DNA of 62,935 nt, filler included, from Rhabdomonas costata (lineage: Eukaryota): the NCBI GenBank assembly GCA_019059605.1. It is 51 parts of 51 records of this genome, joined end to end, with 100 filler letters (N's around TTAATTAATTAA, not from the genome) between each part and the next. Parts side by side here need not be neighbours in the genome. Positions count along the whole stretch, not along the records: positions 34,613 to 35,748 come from JAHMHO010026841.1; positions 35,849 to 36,984 come from JAHMHO010026842.1; positions 37,085 to 38,220 come from JAHMHO010026843.1; positions 38,321 to 39,455 come from JAHMHO010026844.1; positions 39,556 to 40,691 come from JAHMHO010026845.1; positions 40,792 to 41,929 come from JAHMHO010026846.1; positions 42,030 to 43,165 come from JAHMHO010026847.1; positions 43,266 to 44,400 come from JAHMHO010026848.1; 43 more parts are not named here. One strand, given 5' to 3'. Shown here piece by piece: positions 35,747 through 49,445 of the stretch. Position numbers and translations under genes: made by a program. The notes under the pieces are model-generated. The model was not told the DNA's origin, made no database searches, and saw only the letters and a program-made list of their open reading frames with translations. Each line of letters opens with the position of its first letter. The stretch's first letter is position 1.

Positions 35747-38123
35747 AANNNNNNNNNNNNNNNNNNNNNNNNNNNNNNNNNNNNNNNNNNNNTTAATTAA
35801 TTAANNNNNNNNNNNNNNNNNNNNNNNNNNNNNNNNNNNNNNNNNNNNACGGTCTCCGCCCTGTTTTCCGACCTCCCGCGGTACCCCCGAGGAGCAGAGA
35901 CAGACTGGAGAACGGTGCTGTTTTGGCGGAACTTTCGTCTTGCAAGCTGGTTTTTTTGTTGAAAATTTCATGAAATTGTCCTGACTGGTGACATCAAGAT
36001 GTGTACACCAGTTTTGTTGTATTGTGGGGTCTCCTCTGGGCCCATGCTGGCTGCAGGGCGTCGTTCGTGTGAACGTCCATGCCTGCGGGAAATGACTTAT
36101 TTCTGCTTGAATGCACCTTTTTTTTTGGCGGTTTGGTTTTTTGTGGAGCGTCCGAGGCTTGAATGGCGTTGTTGTTCGGCTGCCTGTCATTTGTCTCCAT
36201 TCAAACGTTTCAAACGTGTTGCGGATAAATGTCTGGGACGGTGCCGCAGGTGATCCACTCTGCAAACCCAGCCTTCTTTGACTACATGGCTGGGTTCACT
36301 CATTACGATGAGAAGATCCGATTCCTGGTTCTTCGACGTGCGCGTGTAATTTTCTTATGGGTGTTATCCCGCATTTTGCTTTTGAGAAATCATCCTGATC
36401 GAGCGAAGCATGGAGAGGCTTTTTGTCACTTTAAAGAGTGAATCTGAATTTGCAATGATACGAATGGCCTCAAGCGCGCGAAAAAATAAATGTCTGGTTT
36501 CCGTTGTTCAAACCACCGTTGCGGAGAACTGGAGAAGGTACGATGTCACATACAGCATCGCATCTTAACTTTGGCTGCATACCGCAGGTCAAATGTGGTA
36601 AGCCAAAGTCCCGCGCCTACTCACAGCACAGTCCTGAACCTGTTTTGTTGCGACCTGTTGGACCACCACCCGCAGATGCGGCTCTTGTGCGTCACCCTAA
36701 CTAGTAACCTGTCCATGAGGACACCTTCAACCCAACCCCCTGTGAGGCCAAGAACCCCTCCTGGAGTATAAGTGCATCGTCACTTAACCTCCTAAGAGGC
36801 CAAGCACCTCTCCTGTCTCGCCCATTGCCCACAACCTCCAGCACCTCGGAACTTGGGCCGCTGAGTTCCGCGGCTGACGGCATCCTCGATCGCTGAAAAA
36901 AAACTATTTTATTACCCCACCCGAATGTCATACGTCCTTTGAGGTTCCCGCATTTGAGGTGGCATTGACTTTTCACCCACACCCNNNNNNNNNNNNNNNN
37001 NNNNNNNNNNNNNNNNNNNNNNNNNNNNTTAATTAATTAANNNNNNNNNNNNNNNNNNNNNNNNNNNNNNNNNNNNNNNNNNNNGGTGTTTGTTATAGTT
37101 CTTTTAGCCTTTAGAAGCAATACAAAGAAGCAATAAATCAGTGCTGGTATATCGGCGTGTAGGTCGGCGGACGGTGCACCAGCCTTCCAAGCATTCTAAA
37201 GGCTAAAAGAACTATAAAAAACACCCCAAAATGGCCCTTAAGTGGCCTCTCGCGTGGCTCAAAACAAAAACATTTCGGCCCACTCCAGTGCCAGCGTTCT
37301 CCTGAGCCCTGCCCTTAGGTACTTTAGGTATGCTAATCAGGCCCGGCCGAAAGCTCAGGCTCAGTGTGCAGGCCTGCAACCGCCCGAAAAGCACCCCAGG
37401 CCCTTGAAAAGTATTTTTTTTAATTTCTAAATCGAAAAGGGCCCAAAAGGGACCTTGAAGGGGCGATATTTCGGCGTATAGAAGGTGTCCGAGGCGGGGA
37501 AGCGGCCAACCAACTCATCTCTGGAGTACTACCATCCCACCAAAGATGATCCCCAACCTTTCCCTCTAGCTTCAGACGCCCATGTTCGGTCTCCGGTCCA
37601 GTTCGGTTTAGTCGGGGAGTGAATGGCAAATGTCACTCAGCGAATAGGGGGACATTCGGCATTCACTTCCGGAGGCCGGCTGAACAGGCTAGATAGGCCC
37701 ATGTGGTAGGACCCCCAGAGCAGCGGTAATCAACGAACTGTAATGCTAGCACGCAAAATCCAATTTTTTTCCCCACCCTCTTAGCTTCAGTCAGAACCTA
37801 GAAACAGGGAACAGGTATTGGTTGACTTGCGCCTAAGACAGCACCCTATTCCTTTTAAGTGCCCGTATTGCCTTCTCACAGCTGGAATGCCCCAAATCGT
37901 TTTTTCGAATTCCTATACATCCCCAACAAAACTAGAAAGTTGTATGTGTACACTTTGCAGACGCAGTTCCATGATTGCAGGTCGAAGACTAGACTCAGTC
38001 TCTCTGCGATCCCACCACCACCCGCAGCATTTTGGGACTGAGAGTGGCGCCAAAGCTATGAAGCTTCCATTGTGCCTGTTGTGTGGATTGGTCAGCTTTT
38101 CGGGGCATGTGCTGATCTCTCAG

Positions 38124-38220
38124 GGCGAGTCTCTCGACGGAGCGATGGAGGAGCTGGCGCAGGAGCACAAGTACCAGGCCCTGGGGCGGGACGCCCGGTT
38201 CTGCTCCACAGTGATGCGGC
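38124..38220 (+). CDS. Start of internal exon, unknown protein
   Basis: CTCTCAG|GESLDGAMEELAQEHKYQALGRDARFCSTVMR, very GC3-rich, truncated by the contig end. Confidence 0.5.
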
Positions 38221-40140
38221 NNNNNNNNNNNNNNNNNNNNNNNNNNNNNNNNNNNNNNNNNNNNTTAATTAATTAANNNNNNNNNNNNNNNNNNNNNNNN
38301 NNNNNNNNNNNNNNNNNNNNGGGTGGTTGAGTGAGAATGATTGACAGAGCATCTATACACTATTGACTCTATGCACTTAACCACTAATGCCATACCAATT
38401 GGTGCCCATTCCTACCACCTCCACAGATGTCAATATCTACTGCTAATGTTGGAGTATATTCTGAGATCTATTGTGGGATACATTTTTGATAATAATAATC
38501 ACCGATGTGACTTAGATGAAAGAGTGTGAGCACAGAAAAACTGAAAAAACAACGTCCAGTTAAGGCTAAAATTGCGGATGCAGTAATCACTAGATGCAAG
38601 AACACCAATGTTGATGTATATACATTCCACTGCTGGTACACGAATGAATGTTACTGCATCCAATTAGATGCATGAAGCCAATAACTACTTTAACTTTAAC
38701 CATAACTGATAGCATGAATGAGACCAATCCCACTTATTATGTCAAGATGCCGACATGGCTTCTGAACATTGATGTGAGGCCAATATTACAATGTAGAAGA
38801 TGTCGCATGATTTTAATGTTGCCGATGCCGACACATCACATTACGTTCAATATAGCCAAATAAGAATAAAAAAAGAAAGTGCTTAATTACCTTAAATTCA
38901 CGCAAAGAAAGTTCAATGGCGAGAAAGTGCCGTTGCACAACATTCAGTACATCATGATTACAGCAGCGCAGCAGGGAAAAGGCTCAAGTATGTGGTGAGT
39001 TTTTAGAATGTCACCAATGAGCTGATCCAGAACTTCAATGCCAGTTTTTATTGCAGATGATAATGTTTGTTCCACAATTAATGGAAAGTTCTTTTGTGCC
39101 AAGTAAATGACAACAAGAAAATTGCACGTAAAACGTACTTGCGTAAAAATAGCATACGTATTTATTATTGTATTCTTGGTTTTTAAAAACGTTTTCGAAA
39201 TCTTGCGTGTCAAAATGAACCAATGTTAGAAAGACTCACACTTGCATACAATTTTAGGATATGTCTATACGGCTCAACTCCAAAAGCGAAACACATGGTA
39301 CGGCTGTAGAGCCGCCGCGCAATTCTGCCTGGCAATCAGTGAAAGGTCCACTAGGACATTTTATTGATATTCAAGTGGGTTAAGTCGACTTTGCCACCAC
39401 CACCTATGACAGTCACCACCACGTCTTTCCTGCAGCTTTGTGCATTTTCCTTTTCNNNNNNNNNNNNNNNNNNNNNNNNNNNNNNNNNNNNNNNNNNNNT
39501 TAATTAATTAANNNNNNNNNNNNNNNNNNNNNNNNNNNNNNNNNNNNNNNNNNNNGTGTGGGTGTGTGCCTTGACCTCTTTAGCTCATCTGATGCGCAAG
39601 TGTAAAACGTGGGGGCATTTGCGATCGAAAGGATGCACTGAAGTGCGAACGAACATGAGGGAAATTTCCACTGCGGTGTGAGCGTAGCAAATCATGTCGG
39701 GACATGTGCTTGCACCCGACCGACGATTGTTGAGGACTTGTGAGCCCTTTCAGAGCAGCTTAATCTCACGAAAAACTTGTCTTCAAGGTGCGCGATCACC
39801 GCGATCACGAAAACCATCGTCTCTTCTTTTCTTTAGGTTACCGGCGTTACTTGGGAAGCATGTTCATGTCTTGGGAAGGTCGCCGTCCCGATGTGCTCTA
39901 ATCGATTGTGGTCCTTGCGCCCTCGGACCCTTGTCTAGTCGGGAGCGCACCAGCAGCGCTGATGTATGGTGTGGGACTTCAGTGTAGCGACTGAATGGGA
40001 TGCAACATAAGACATTAGAGGACATGTTTGGCCAGGCTAGCGATAACGACACATGAAATGGCGGAACCCAGGATTCCAGCCATTGCGCTTCCCACGGGCA
40101 GCGATTAAGCTTTTCGTCATTTTGGGAAAAGAAAACATAC

Positions 40141-40261
40141 CTCGATGGGCACAGGGGCGATGTTCTCCCCACCAGCGGAAATCAGCAGCTCCTTGATCCG
40201 CCCGGTGATGTACAAAAAGCCCTGGTCGTCGAGCCGGCCCACATCACCGCTGTGCAGCCAC
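40141..40261 (-). CDS. Exon of long-chain acyl-CoA synthetase (ACSBG/bubblegum-like)
   Basis: [44 protein letters not shown] bounded; absent from the ORF track. Confidence 0.93.
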
Positions 40262-41111
40262 CTTTAAAAAATAGGGAAGAAACAAACCAACAGAAACAGA
40301 CTAAAACACCCAAGGAATGGCAAAACGTCACCGTCGCGGCGAAAGGCGCGGCACGCCAAGGAGAAGGGAACCAGGGTCAAGATAAAATCACATTTAGCGG
40401 CATTGACAACAACAATGTCCAGATGTTTATTCAACTGAGGGCGTAAGGGAAAATGGGAAAACCGAAGGGGGACGCAGAGGGATAAACGTTTAAGCAAAGC
40501 AATGAATTCGTGGGGTGAGAGGTGAAGCAATGCGTAAGCGTACAAAAACGTGTGCGTTGGTGTGCGAGGCATTGGGGAGCAGATAGGGGAGGAAAACGAT
40601 GAGCGAGGTTAGGAAAGGTGTCTTCAGGAGAACGAGATTATGGATGGGTTCGATAAATAGCGGCATTCTGACTGAGGACTGACACAACAAANNNNNNNNN
40701 NNNNNNNNNNNNNNNNNNNNNNNNNNNNNNNNNNNTTAATTAATTAANNNNNNNNNNNNNNNNNNNNNNNNNNNNNNNNNNNNNNNNNNNNTGTTTTTGG
40801 TCATACCTTCAGCAGTGTACCTTTTTTTTAGGGGACACGTGCATCGCTTCCTAACCCCCTGAGAGATGAATAAAAGGATGCTGCAGAGCTCCAGGACATC
40901 ATAAAGTGTCAACATGAGCAATGAAAGAGCCTTAAAAAAAAGTACACTGCTGAAGGAGTGCCGTTTGAATGAAGAACTTCACAGAAGACCTGGGCAACCT
41001 CCAGCCATTCATGGTTGGTACTTGGCGAAAAAAACTGGTTTAAAATGTTTAATTGCTAGCACTTAGAAAAACAAATGTTGGCCAGGCTCGCCTCCTTCGC
41101 TCCACGTGCAA

Positions 41112-41163
<52 letters not shown>
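41112..41163. repeat. (CT)n microsatellite
   Basis: Directly visible dinucleotide run. Confidence 0.95.
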
Positions 41164-41165
<2 letters not shown>

Positions 41166-44100
41166 TCGCTCAAAAATACCCTAAAACAAGTGACAGAGCT
41201 CGATTTTAAAATGGTCCATCATAAAGCTAAACGGAATTCTTTCCTCAATTCGTTTTTTTGGGAAGAAATTTTTGTACTGCTGAAACCTTGTCCCTTTCAT
41301 CAATGATGAACAAAACAAAAATACCAAAGAAGACTCATTGCCCAAATGCCACTTTAAAACAGTTAAAATATGAAAACCACCGCTTTAAAACGGCTGTGAA
41401 AATCCCCTCCAAATCTGAAAGTCTGAAAGTCTCCTTTTCTGGAAACGTTTTTTCCATCTCTCCCATATAGAGCAATATAATTAAAAGTTTCAGCGGAGCG
41501 CGGGACCCCAAATTTCTTTCGGTGAATGATTCATTGGAGTGTAGCATATAAACCATGACAACCGTAGATCACAACCAACCAGGTTTATTTGCTGCAGAAT
41601 GGTGAAGAGAACGACTATGCTTAACTCTTTTTCTGCGGTGGTTGCTCTTTCATCTTTCTTAAACATGCACGCAGGCGAAAAAGAAGAAAAAAAAAGGAAA
41701 CGTCATCAGTGAAACAAAGTAAAAGTATGCTTCCCTCGGTTCTCCTCTCCCCGCTCCCCGAACTTCTAACCACTTATCCTTTTATTTTTGTCCCCTTCCC
41801 CCACATTTGGTGGACCCCTCTTTCAATTTAGTTTTTCTCCTGCTTGTATCTTTTGCGATTGTATCGACTATTCTTACAGCGTCCGCCCTTTCCGTAAAGG
41901 GCTGCTTTTCAGTTTTAAGTTTCTTTTCCNNNNNNNNNNNNNNNNNNNNNNNNNNNNNNNNNNNNNNNNNNNNTTAATTAATTAANNNNNNNNNNNNNNN
42001 NNNNNNNNNNNNNNNNNNNNNNNNNNNNNGGGCAGGAGCGATCTCTCTTGGGCTGTCCGAGGAAAGCAGCAGCCCTACTTGCAGGCCTATTGCAGGGATT
42101 TGCGAGGCGAGGATAAGGCCAAGCCTTTCTTCACTGCGATGCGAATCTGGTGGTGTACGAGGAGTAGCGAGGCGAATCCCGTCACCACTGCTACCATCGC
42201 ACACAAAAGATTGGTCGCAAGAACGTACGGAGCAACCTTTCCACCGCTGGATTGTCGCTGGAATGGCGTGAGCTGCCGCGAAGCAAACGTACCAGGCACC
42301 CAAAACACTCGCGCTAACACAGGCGCACACGAGTAGAAGATACATTCTCAAACAAAACCAAGAGGATGAAGGTGAAGAGACCTGTGACCAAATGAAGGTG
42401 GAAGTTAAACCTCAGCTGCGGAGCAGGGTAACCCAGCGCCGCACCTAACGTCACGCGTTTCCTCTCCGTATGCGCGTGCCAGCGATGGTGTGTTTCTGTT
42501 CTTCAAAGATTTTGGTCATGACAGCCTTTTTTGTGCCTGAGAGACCGATTTTTGCACGCAGTCCATAGGGTGGGGTGGGGGCCCCGGAACAAACGCTGCA
42601 TGCACGGCAGCTGCGAATGTTGCTTCCAGAAACCTTTTCAGAAGCCTGTAGCTGATGCGAAAACCGAGGTGGAGCCCGGTTGAGAGTTTATACCGGTCCA
42701 GCGCATCCAAGGGGGGGGGGCGCAAATACTGCTTGGTCGTTGAACTCTCAAATCTTAAGCACGGCTCTAATTAGTATCCTCCGCTTCATGCCACAGCGGC
42801 AAAAAAACGGATCGCCTGAAAAGCAAACAGGCATCAAAACAAACTCGCACAGGAGCACATACCGTAACGCCACCACGAAGCCGAGGGGTCCTTCCCCTTT
42901 CCACTTGCACACAGCACCACACAGCAGATAGGCCACCAAACCGGAATTGCAGCAGTGCCTGCCTCCTTCCCAAGGGACACACAAGGGCTGCACTACAACC
43001 CCATAAGCAAAGCACGCTGCAGTGCACGGGACCAAAAGCAAATTGAGCAAGAGCCCAGACAAGTGGAGAGGTGGGCTCAAAGCTTCCGCAGCCCACCGTT
43101 ATTCTCCCATCTGCGTGATGAACCTCGACCTTCACTCGTCTTAATTTCAAACTAAACACACAAAANNNNNNNNNNNNNNNNNNNNNNNNNNNNNNNNNNN
43201 NNNNNNNNNTTAATTAATTAANNNNNNNNNNNNNNNNNNNNNNNNNNNNNNNNNNNNNNNNNNNNATCATGGGATACACCCCACGTTCGGCTTAATCATC
43301 TTCAAGGCAGTGGGGGAAAACAAGCTGTAGTTGAGTTTGGCTTCATCTACTTAACCATATGTGCTACGCACCACACCGCGTCATTGTATACCTAGGTGTA
43401 CTGAACAACTTTGGACACACTTACAGCATTTCCTTAGTCAACACCGCTCCGGTGTCTTAGAGGTCGTCAACACTGACCAGTCTAGCGTTATCGATCCAAT
43501 CCTCCACATCTTCCAATACATTGTCTATAAAAGACGTGTAGCCACGTCTGTGCGCAATGCTACCGGAATAATAGAAGCATTCAGCAGCCTCGTTGATCTC
43601 ATCAAAGCCTCGTTTCGCGGACAAATGGGACGTGGCTTCCGCATTTGACGAGTAATGGTACAAAACCTAGCTTCAAAGGTTTTGGTCTTTCTTCCAGTGA
43701 CAGTTGTAGAAGAACACTTTAATTATCTTGACTCTTGTGCTTATGAATAGTTCATCATAGCCTAAGTTGCGCTTGAAGCATGCTATAAATTAGTACATTT
43801 GAAGTAAAATATTCAGTTGAAGGTAGCAAATTGTATGGCCTGGCAGTGGCGCACTATTTTTGTTTTATTTTAGTATAGTGGAGTTTTCAGGTGAGGATTT
43901 TCTTTTGTGTAATTTAAAATCAACTTTTCATTGCGTTTGGCTATCATCTCCTGCATCAATTCAACACTTTGATTAAATGAGTGGAGCTAAAGTTCACATT
44001 AGGACGTGAAAGAAGCTTACTCGTGTTTCTGCTTCTAATTATCCATCACGCCAGAAAAACTGCACAACAGGAAACTGAATTCCACTGATACCACTCCAGA

Positions 44101-45765
44101 TTGTGGAGCTCAGAAACTGTGTTTGGAGACTGATTCATACCATATCAAAGAAAACGTGGGCGTCAGAGGCGGTTAAATGCCTGCTGGTGATGGCGTGATG
44201 CTGTTTTTCCGCACAGATGCATATATTTTGTGAAATACGTAGTTACACCACATGGCAGGTGAACGTGTGGCATCATCAATTTTTGCCTCTCATGAATATG
44301 AGAATGCTTCTACTAAAAGCTTGCGCAGTTTGACCTTCCTACAGTCAATATGTAAGCTAACATTTCTTGAAAGCAAGGCATATGCTCCGCCTTTTGTTAT
44401 NNNNNNNNNNNNNNNNNNNNNNNNNNNNNNNNNNNNNNNNNNNNTTAATTAATTAANNNNNNNNNNNNNNNNNNNNNNNNNNNNNNNNNNNNNNNNNNNN
44501 TTGTTGTTTGGGGACGTAGCTGACCAATCCGGTTGATTAATGTCCAGATAATTCTTGATGATCGAAAAATCGGCAGAATGTAGGCAACCGCTTAACTGGA
44601 TAAAACTGCACGTTGAGGCGCCAACATATGTAGCCAACTGTCTTCTTGTGGATCAATTGATTAGGCCATCAAATCAAACCTGATTAAGCCATCAAAGTGG
44701 GCGCTGTTTTCCCCTCAGGGTTAAGTGATTTGCCGCTCATATGCGCCACTTCACGGCCAATTAATGGTATCAATTCCGTCTGGATGGTGCCTTTTGCGGC
44801 AATTCCAGCCGAAAAATAGCCCACGTGTTGGTGGACTGAGCAGGTTTTATGGCAAAATGGCGTGATATTTGCCAATAAATGTCGGGACAAGACCTTTCGG
44901 AGGCAGTTCCTGAGGACAATTGCTCACAGGATGTGCTGAATGCACTTTTCTTGTACCAGATTTGCTCTCAGGACCATCAGGCTCTGAAAAAATACCGCAC
45001 GATGAAAGCACCCAGAATGTCCAAATCCTTACCTGGACCATCATGTCTGTGCTGCTCATCCTCATCTAGAAATGCAGTCTGCTTTCTCGTATAAGAATAT
45101 TGTTTTCATCATGGTTTGTTGCCAAGGGGGTGGAGGGACACCTCGGGCGAGGCAACTCCGAAGCCCGAGTTCACCACACACCTCAACAGGGTGGCCTACA
45201 GCTTGAAATCTTAGGCCCGCAGCAGCATCCAAGAAGCCACAGGTAGCGGCGCCACGGCCACACAAACAATCAGGAGCCATCTGGGTGTGGCTGGTGGCCA
45301 AACGGGGCACTATCTGCCCAAGACAAACTCAGCAGCGTACACAAAAAGGATCACATTTAAACCTGAAAAATATTTTTGTAAAAGTTTAGTGTCGTAAAGC
45401 CACTCCTTCCCAATCCGGTTCGAACGACGTTATCTATGTCAAGAACTATGAATGTTGTGGATGTCAAGAACTGGCTACCGTGATGGCTGTTTCGCACAGA
45501 AATACGGAAACAAAGACCGAGTGATTAGGACCGCTGCCGCAAATCCTTATCAAGAATAAAATCCACACAGCTTTGCCAAACGGATGAAGCCGCTCTTCAA
45601 TCCAGGCTGCCGCTGAGGAGCACATTGCAAACAAACANNNNNNNNNNNNNNNNNNNNNNNNNNNNNNNNNNNNNNNNNNNNTTAATTAATTAANNNNNNN
45701 NNNNNNNNNNNNNNNNNNNNNNNNNNNNNNNNNNNNNGGGGTGTGTTTGGGGGTGTGTGGGTGGG

Positions 45766-46538
45766 CTGCAGGCCCGGGCGAGGGCGATGAGGGAGCTGTT
45801 TTCGCACTTCAGCTCGCTTGTGGTGCTGTTCTCGGCGGCCTCGGAGGTTCCGGCGTTCCGGCTGGCCACGTTCTCGCTTCTGGTGGTGGTGCCCCCGGCC
45901 ACCCCGAGCGCTGGCCTGAGGAGAAGGCCGCGCTGACGGAGCTACTCCCCGCGGCGCCCGAGAACATGCGGTTGGTGGGCTTTGTGGCGATGGATGAGCT
46001 GCAGAAGGCGGAGGAGTTCTTTGGCTTCCCGATGCTCCCGAAGCCTCCGACGGTGTCCCAGATGCAGGAGTTCCTGGAGCACGCCCGGGGCGAGACTTCA
46101 GAGGTCGTCTCGGTTTCGGCGACCTCTGGTGTCGGGGTTTCGGATCCGTCCTCGAGTTCCTCCTCGCGTCCTCCCCGGCGAGTTCTTGTTGCCGAGGACA
46201 TCATGCTGAACCGGATGATGTTTGTGCAGATGCTGAAGCACTGGAACGTCGACGCGGACACCGCAGAGAACGGGCTTGTGGCGGTGTCGATGTGCACGAG
46301 CCAGGAGTACGACGCGGTGTTCATGGACGCGCACATGCCGTTGTGCGACGGGGTGGAGGCGACTCGTCGGATTCGGCAGTTGGCGGGGTACCGCCACGTG
46401 CCGATCATTGCGCTTACGGCGGCGACGGCGGAGGAGCACCGCGCGGCGTACCGAGAGTGCGGGATGAGCCACTTTCTGGGGGAGCCTGTGACGCTGAGCT
46501 CGCTGCGGGCGGTTCTGGAGCAAGCCTCGGTGCTGTAA
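45766..46538 (+). CDS. C-terminus of a hybrid two-component sensor with receiver domain; apparent frameshift near 45893
   Basis: RVLVAEDIMLNRM...AENGLVAV...YDAVFMDAHMPLCDGVEATRRIR...VPIIALTA...GMSHFLGEPV, preceded by a pseudo-receiver ending LPKPPTVSQMQEFL. Confidence 0.9.
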
Positions 46539-47764
46539 TGAGCGTTTGGCGCGTCGAGAATTCGTATGCTGGGTGAAGTAGTATTTCCTGGGCAGTTTAA
46601 CATGATGGTGTGTTGGGATTGAGATTTGTGGGCGCCCCTTGTTTAGTCTTTGCAAGGGGGAGAGAGGGGGGAGAAGTTCACGTTGCAGCGACTTTCGGGT
46701 TTGTTTTCGGTTAAGAATGTTTATTAGGTGAGCAGTTGAGAAGGTAGGTTTTAAAAGGATATTGTTTTCCTGGGGTGCTGCGAAGTGAGCGATTGGGAAG
46801 CCAACGCTGTCGCAGCAGGATACAGCTTGTTGTGATCTGTGCTTGTTTCTGGTTTTTGACTGGGACAGAGAGANNNNNNNNNNNNNNNNNNNNNNNNNNN
46901 NNNNNNNNNNNNNNNNNTTAATTAATTAANNNNNNNNNNNNNNNNNNNNNNNNNNNNNNNNNNNNNNNNNNNNGGGGTGGTGGGGGCGATGCAGTTTGAG
47001 ATATGCCTGCAAATTAAGCACTTGGGAACGATTCCCTATCTCCAGAATAAGAGCGCTCTGTGGACTGATTCAGTTCTCGCTTGCTGTAGGCTTGGTGTGT
47101 GCATTTCTCAGATGCAACTGCTACCCCAGATTTCAGACTCTGTGGTCAGCCGCCTCTCCCGGTGTGCCCCTGCCTTTGCTAACAGTGCCAGATTCGTTTT
47201 GTTTTCTTTTTCTTCGCGGTTTTAACCCAGAGCATACATTACATTATTGTGATGCAACCGGTAATCGACGTGTTAATTTGCCTTGCAATGTGGCGGAAAT
47301 CGGTAATCGAGCGGGCGCGAACATGGCGGAAATCGGCAGTCGCGAAATCAATCGATTAGTGAGCAGTAATCAGCGACTGTGGGTAACACAACCCCTGGTG
47401 TTGGACAAGAGTGGAAACTTTCGCCGACCACCCACTTTAGTTCAATGATAGGCGTTTTGACTGACCCATGGTAAGTATGCGGTAATTGAATGCAGACGGA
47501 ATATTCCCAGATCGTCGTCGACTTTGCGTTGCACCCTCGGGTTTTTATTTGTTACCCAGGGTTGGCCGTTTTGAAACGCGTTTTTATATTTCAAACGGTT
47601 TAAAGCAATTGAAAACATGGAGGTAACCGGGGCCCGCTTCAGTTCGACGCACTGTGAGCCAGGGGGCCGTCTGGACTTTTCCGGTGTGACTTTTCCTGCT
47701 TCTGGCGGGGACACCAGTCGGCCGACATGGGCGGGGATATGAGCAGGTTTTTTTACATACGTAG

Positions 47765-48100
47765 TGGATGCGCTGCGCTGGGGAAAGATGCGGCACAAGA
47801 TTGCCAAGGGGCACGGGTGGGTACCGGCCAACGGGTGCAAGGACCGGCCTACGCAGCGTTTTGGGAGGCCCACTGTGTATACAAAAACAAAAACACAGGG
47901 TCCTGTTGGAGCTCATTCCCCCCTCTTATCTCGCCTAAAAACTACACTCAGCCGGGGACGCGGTACTGCTAACGCGTTAACCTTGAAACGACAAGGATGA
48001 ACACCGTTTGAGTTTCAGTGTGTTTCCTTTTTGAAGGGCTGAGACCCTGGTGCAAGTCAACAAGGAGCTGTGGCACCGCGGGTCGTACTCCCTGGACCCC
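47765..48100 (+). CDS. Unknown protein; exons 47765-47810 and 48037-about 48100
   Basis: DALRWGKMRHKIAKG|AETLVQVNKELWHRGSYSLDP joined by a phase-2 GC-AG intron (GCACG donor). Confidence 0.45.
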
Positions 48101-48677
48101 CACCACACANNNNNNNNNNNNNNNNNNNNNNNNNNNNNNNNNNNNNNNNNNNNTTAATTAATTAANNNNNNNNNNNNNNNNNNNNNNNNNNNNNNNNNNN
48201 NNNNNNNNNGTTGGGGGCTTTGCACAGGAGTCCAAGACGCCCGCCCGCGCTTCTTCCTCTCCGTCCGCAGCGGTATGATTGTGGGTGCCAAAACAACCCC
48301 CCTTCCCCCTTTCCTTTTCCTCTTTTGGTTTTCTAGGAAACTAGGAGAACCTTCGAAAATACCTTCTGCTTCGCCCATGATGGTGCGCGTTTTCGCCGCT
48401 TTGGCACTTCGAATGATTCCCTACCAAAAACACGGGGTTATAGGATACAAGCAGTCGGCTTCCTTGTGAAAAACAGAGGGTAATAAGGCTCCGGTTCACT
48501 TTACAATCATCAAATGGGGAGACCTTTCTTTTTAAAAAGATGTCCTTTGGGTTTTGACAAGTCTTTTCGTTGGAGCGTCGATTCCTATGTTTCATAACAT
48601 TGGCTGTTAGAACTTCTCAGAGTCATCAGAGTCAAGAGATCAATTGGAATGATGTTTGTTTGTGTTGGTGAACGCAG

Positions 48678-48773
48678 AAGACGCCTTTGTCCGAGCTGAC
48701 CAAGCTCACCGCACTGGACAAGGAGTGGACGCTGCTGATCTTCAAGGACCGGCAGTGGCTTCAGGATGATGGG
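48678..48773 (+). CDS. Internal exon, unknown protein
   Basis: AG/GT-bounded KTPLSELTKLTALDKEWTLLIFKDRQWLQDDG. Confidence 0.55.
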
Positions 48774-49445
48774 GTGCGTGGCCTCTGCGCGCGCATGCAT
48801 GCACACGCGCACTGCCACCAAAGCAGAAAGCAAGACCAACTCTTGGACTTCTTCATTTTCCTTTCGCCTTCCGTGGTCGTCTGTATCTTTCGCCGTTGTC
48901 ACCCGTCGTTCTTCGGTTCCATCGAGGGCAATGAGAACACTTTTTCACAACCGTCAGTTCAGCAGTAGACAGGTTGGGACCGTTGGGACCGTTTAACCCC
49001 GTTAAACGGTCGAAATTTGACTGAAAAAATTGCCATCTAGGGGGCAGTAGACAATATAAAATGTTTGTGCAGCTTTTGTGGAAAAAAACTTCATCGGAAA
49101 ATAACCTTTGTTTAAGGGGGCTTCTCCCCCCCCCTTTTTTTGAGCTCGCTTTGGGTCGTGGCACACTCGGCCCTAATTACTGCGAGCTTGGTGGTGGCAC
49201 CTGGAATAAAAAACGAGGAAGGAATTAAACGCACAGAATCACATAATAACCTTTTTGAACAGCAAAATTGTTTTGTTAAAACGTTTAACACCTTTAAAAC
49301 CGTTAAACAGCGAAAAGTAGATTTTTTGCAAGACCCCCCACCACCNNNNNNNNNNNNNNNNNNNNNNNNNNNNNNNNNNNNNNNNNNNNTTAATTAATTA
49401 ANNNNNNNNNNNNNNNNNNNNNNNNNNNNNNNNNNNNNNNNNNNN

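Noticed and set aside
42030-43165. Hydrophobic minus-strand frames suggesting a membrane protein
   Set aside because: No consistent exon chain or family motif could be established
43361-43663. Overlapping ORFs on both strands, possibly a transposon relic
   Set aside because: No recognisable motif and weak codon bias
45809-46655. Long minus-strand and alternate-frame ORFs over the receiver gene; likewise 51146-51865, 8874-9418 and 9930-10743
   Set aside because: Shadow ORFs of GC3-rich genes or of microsatellites
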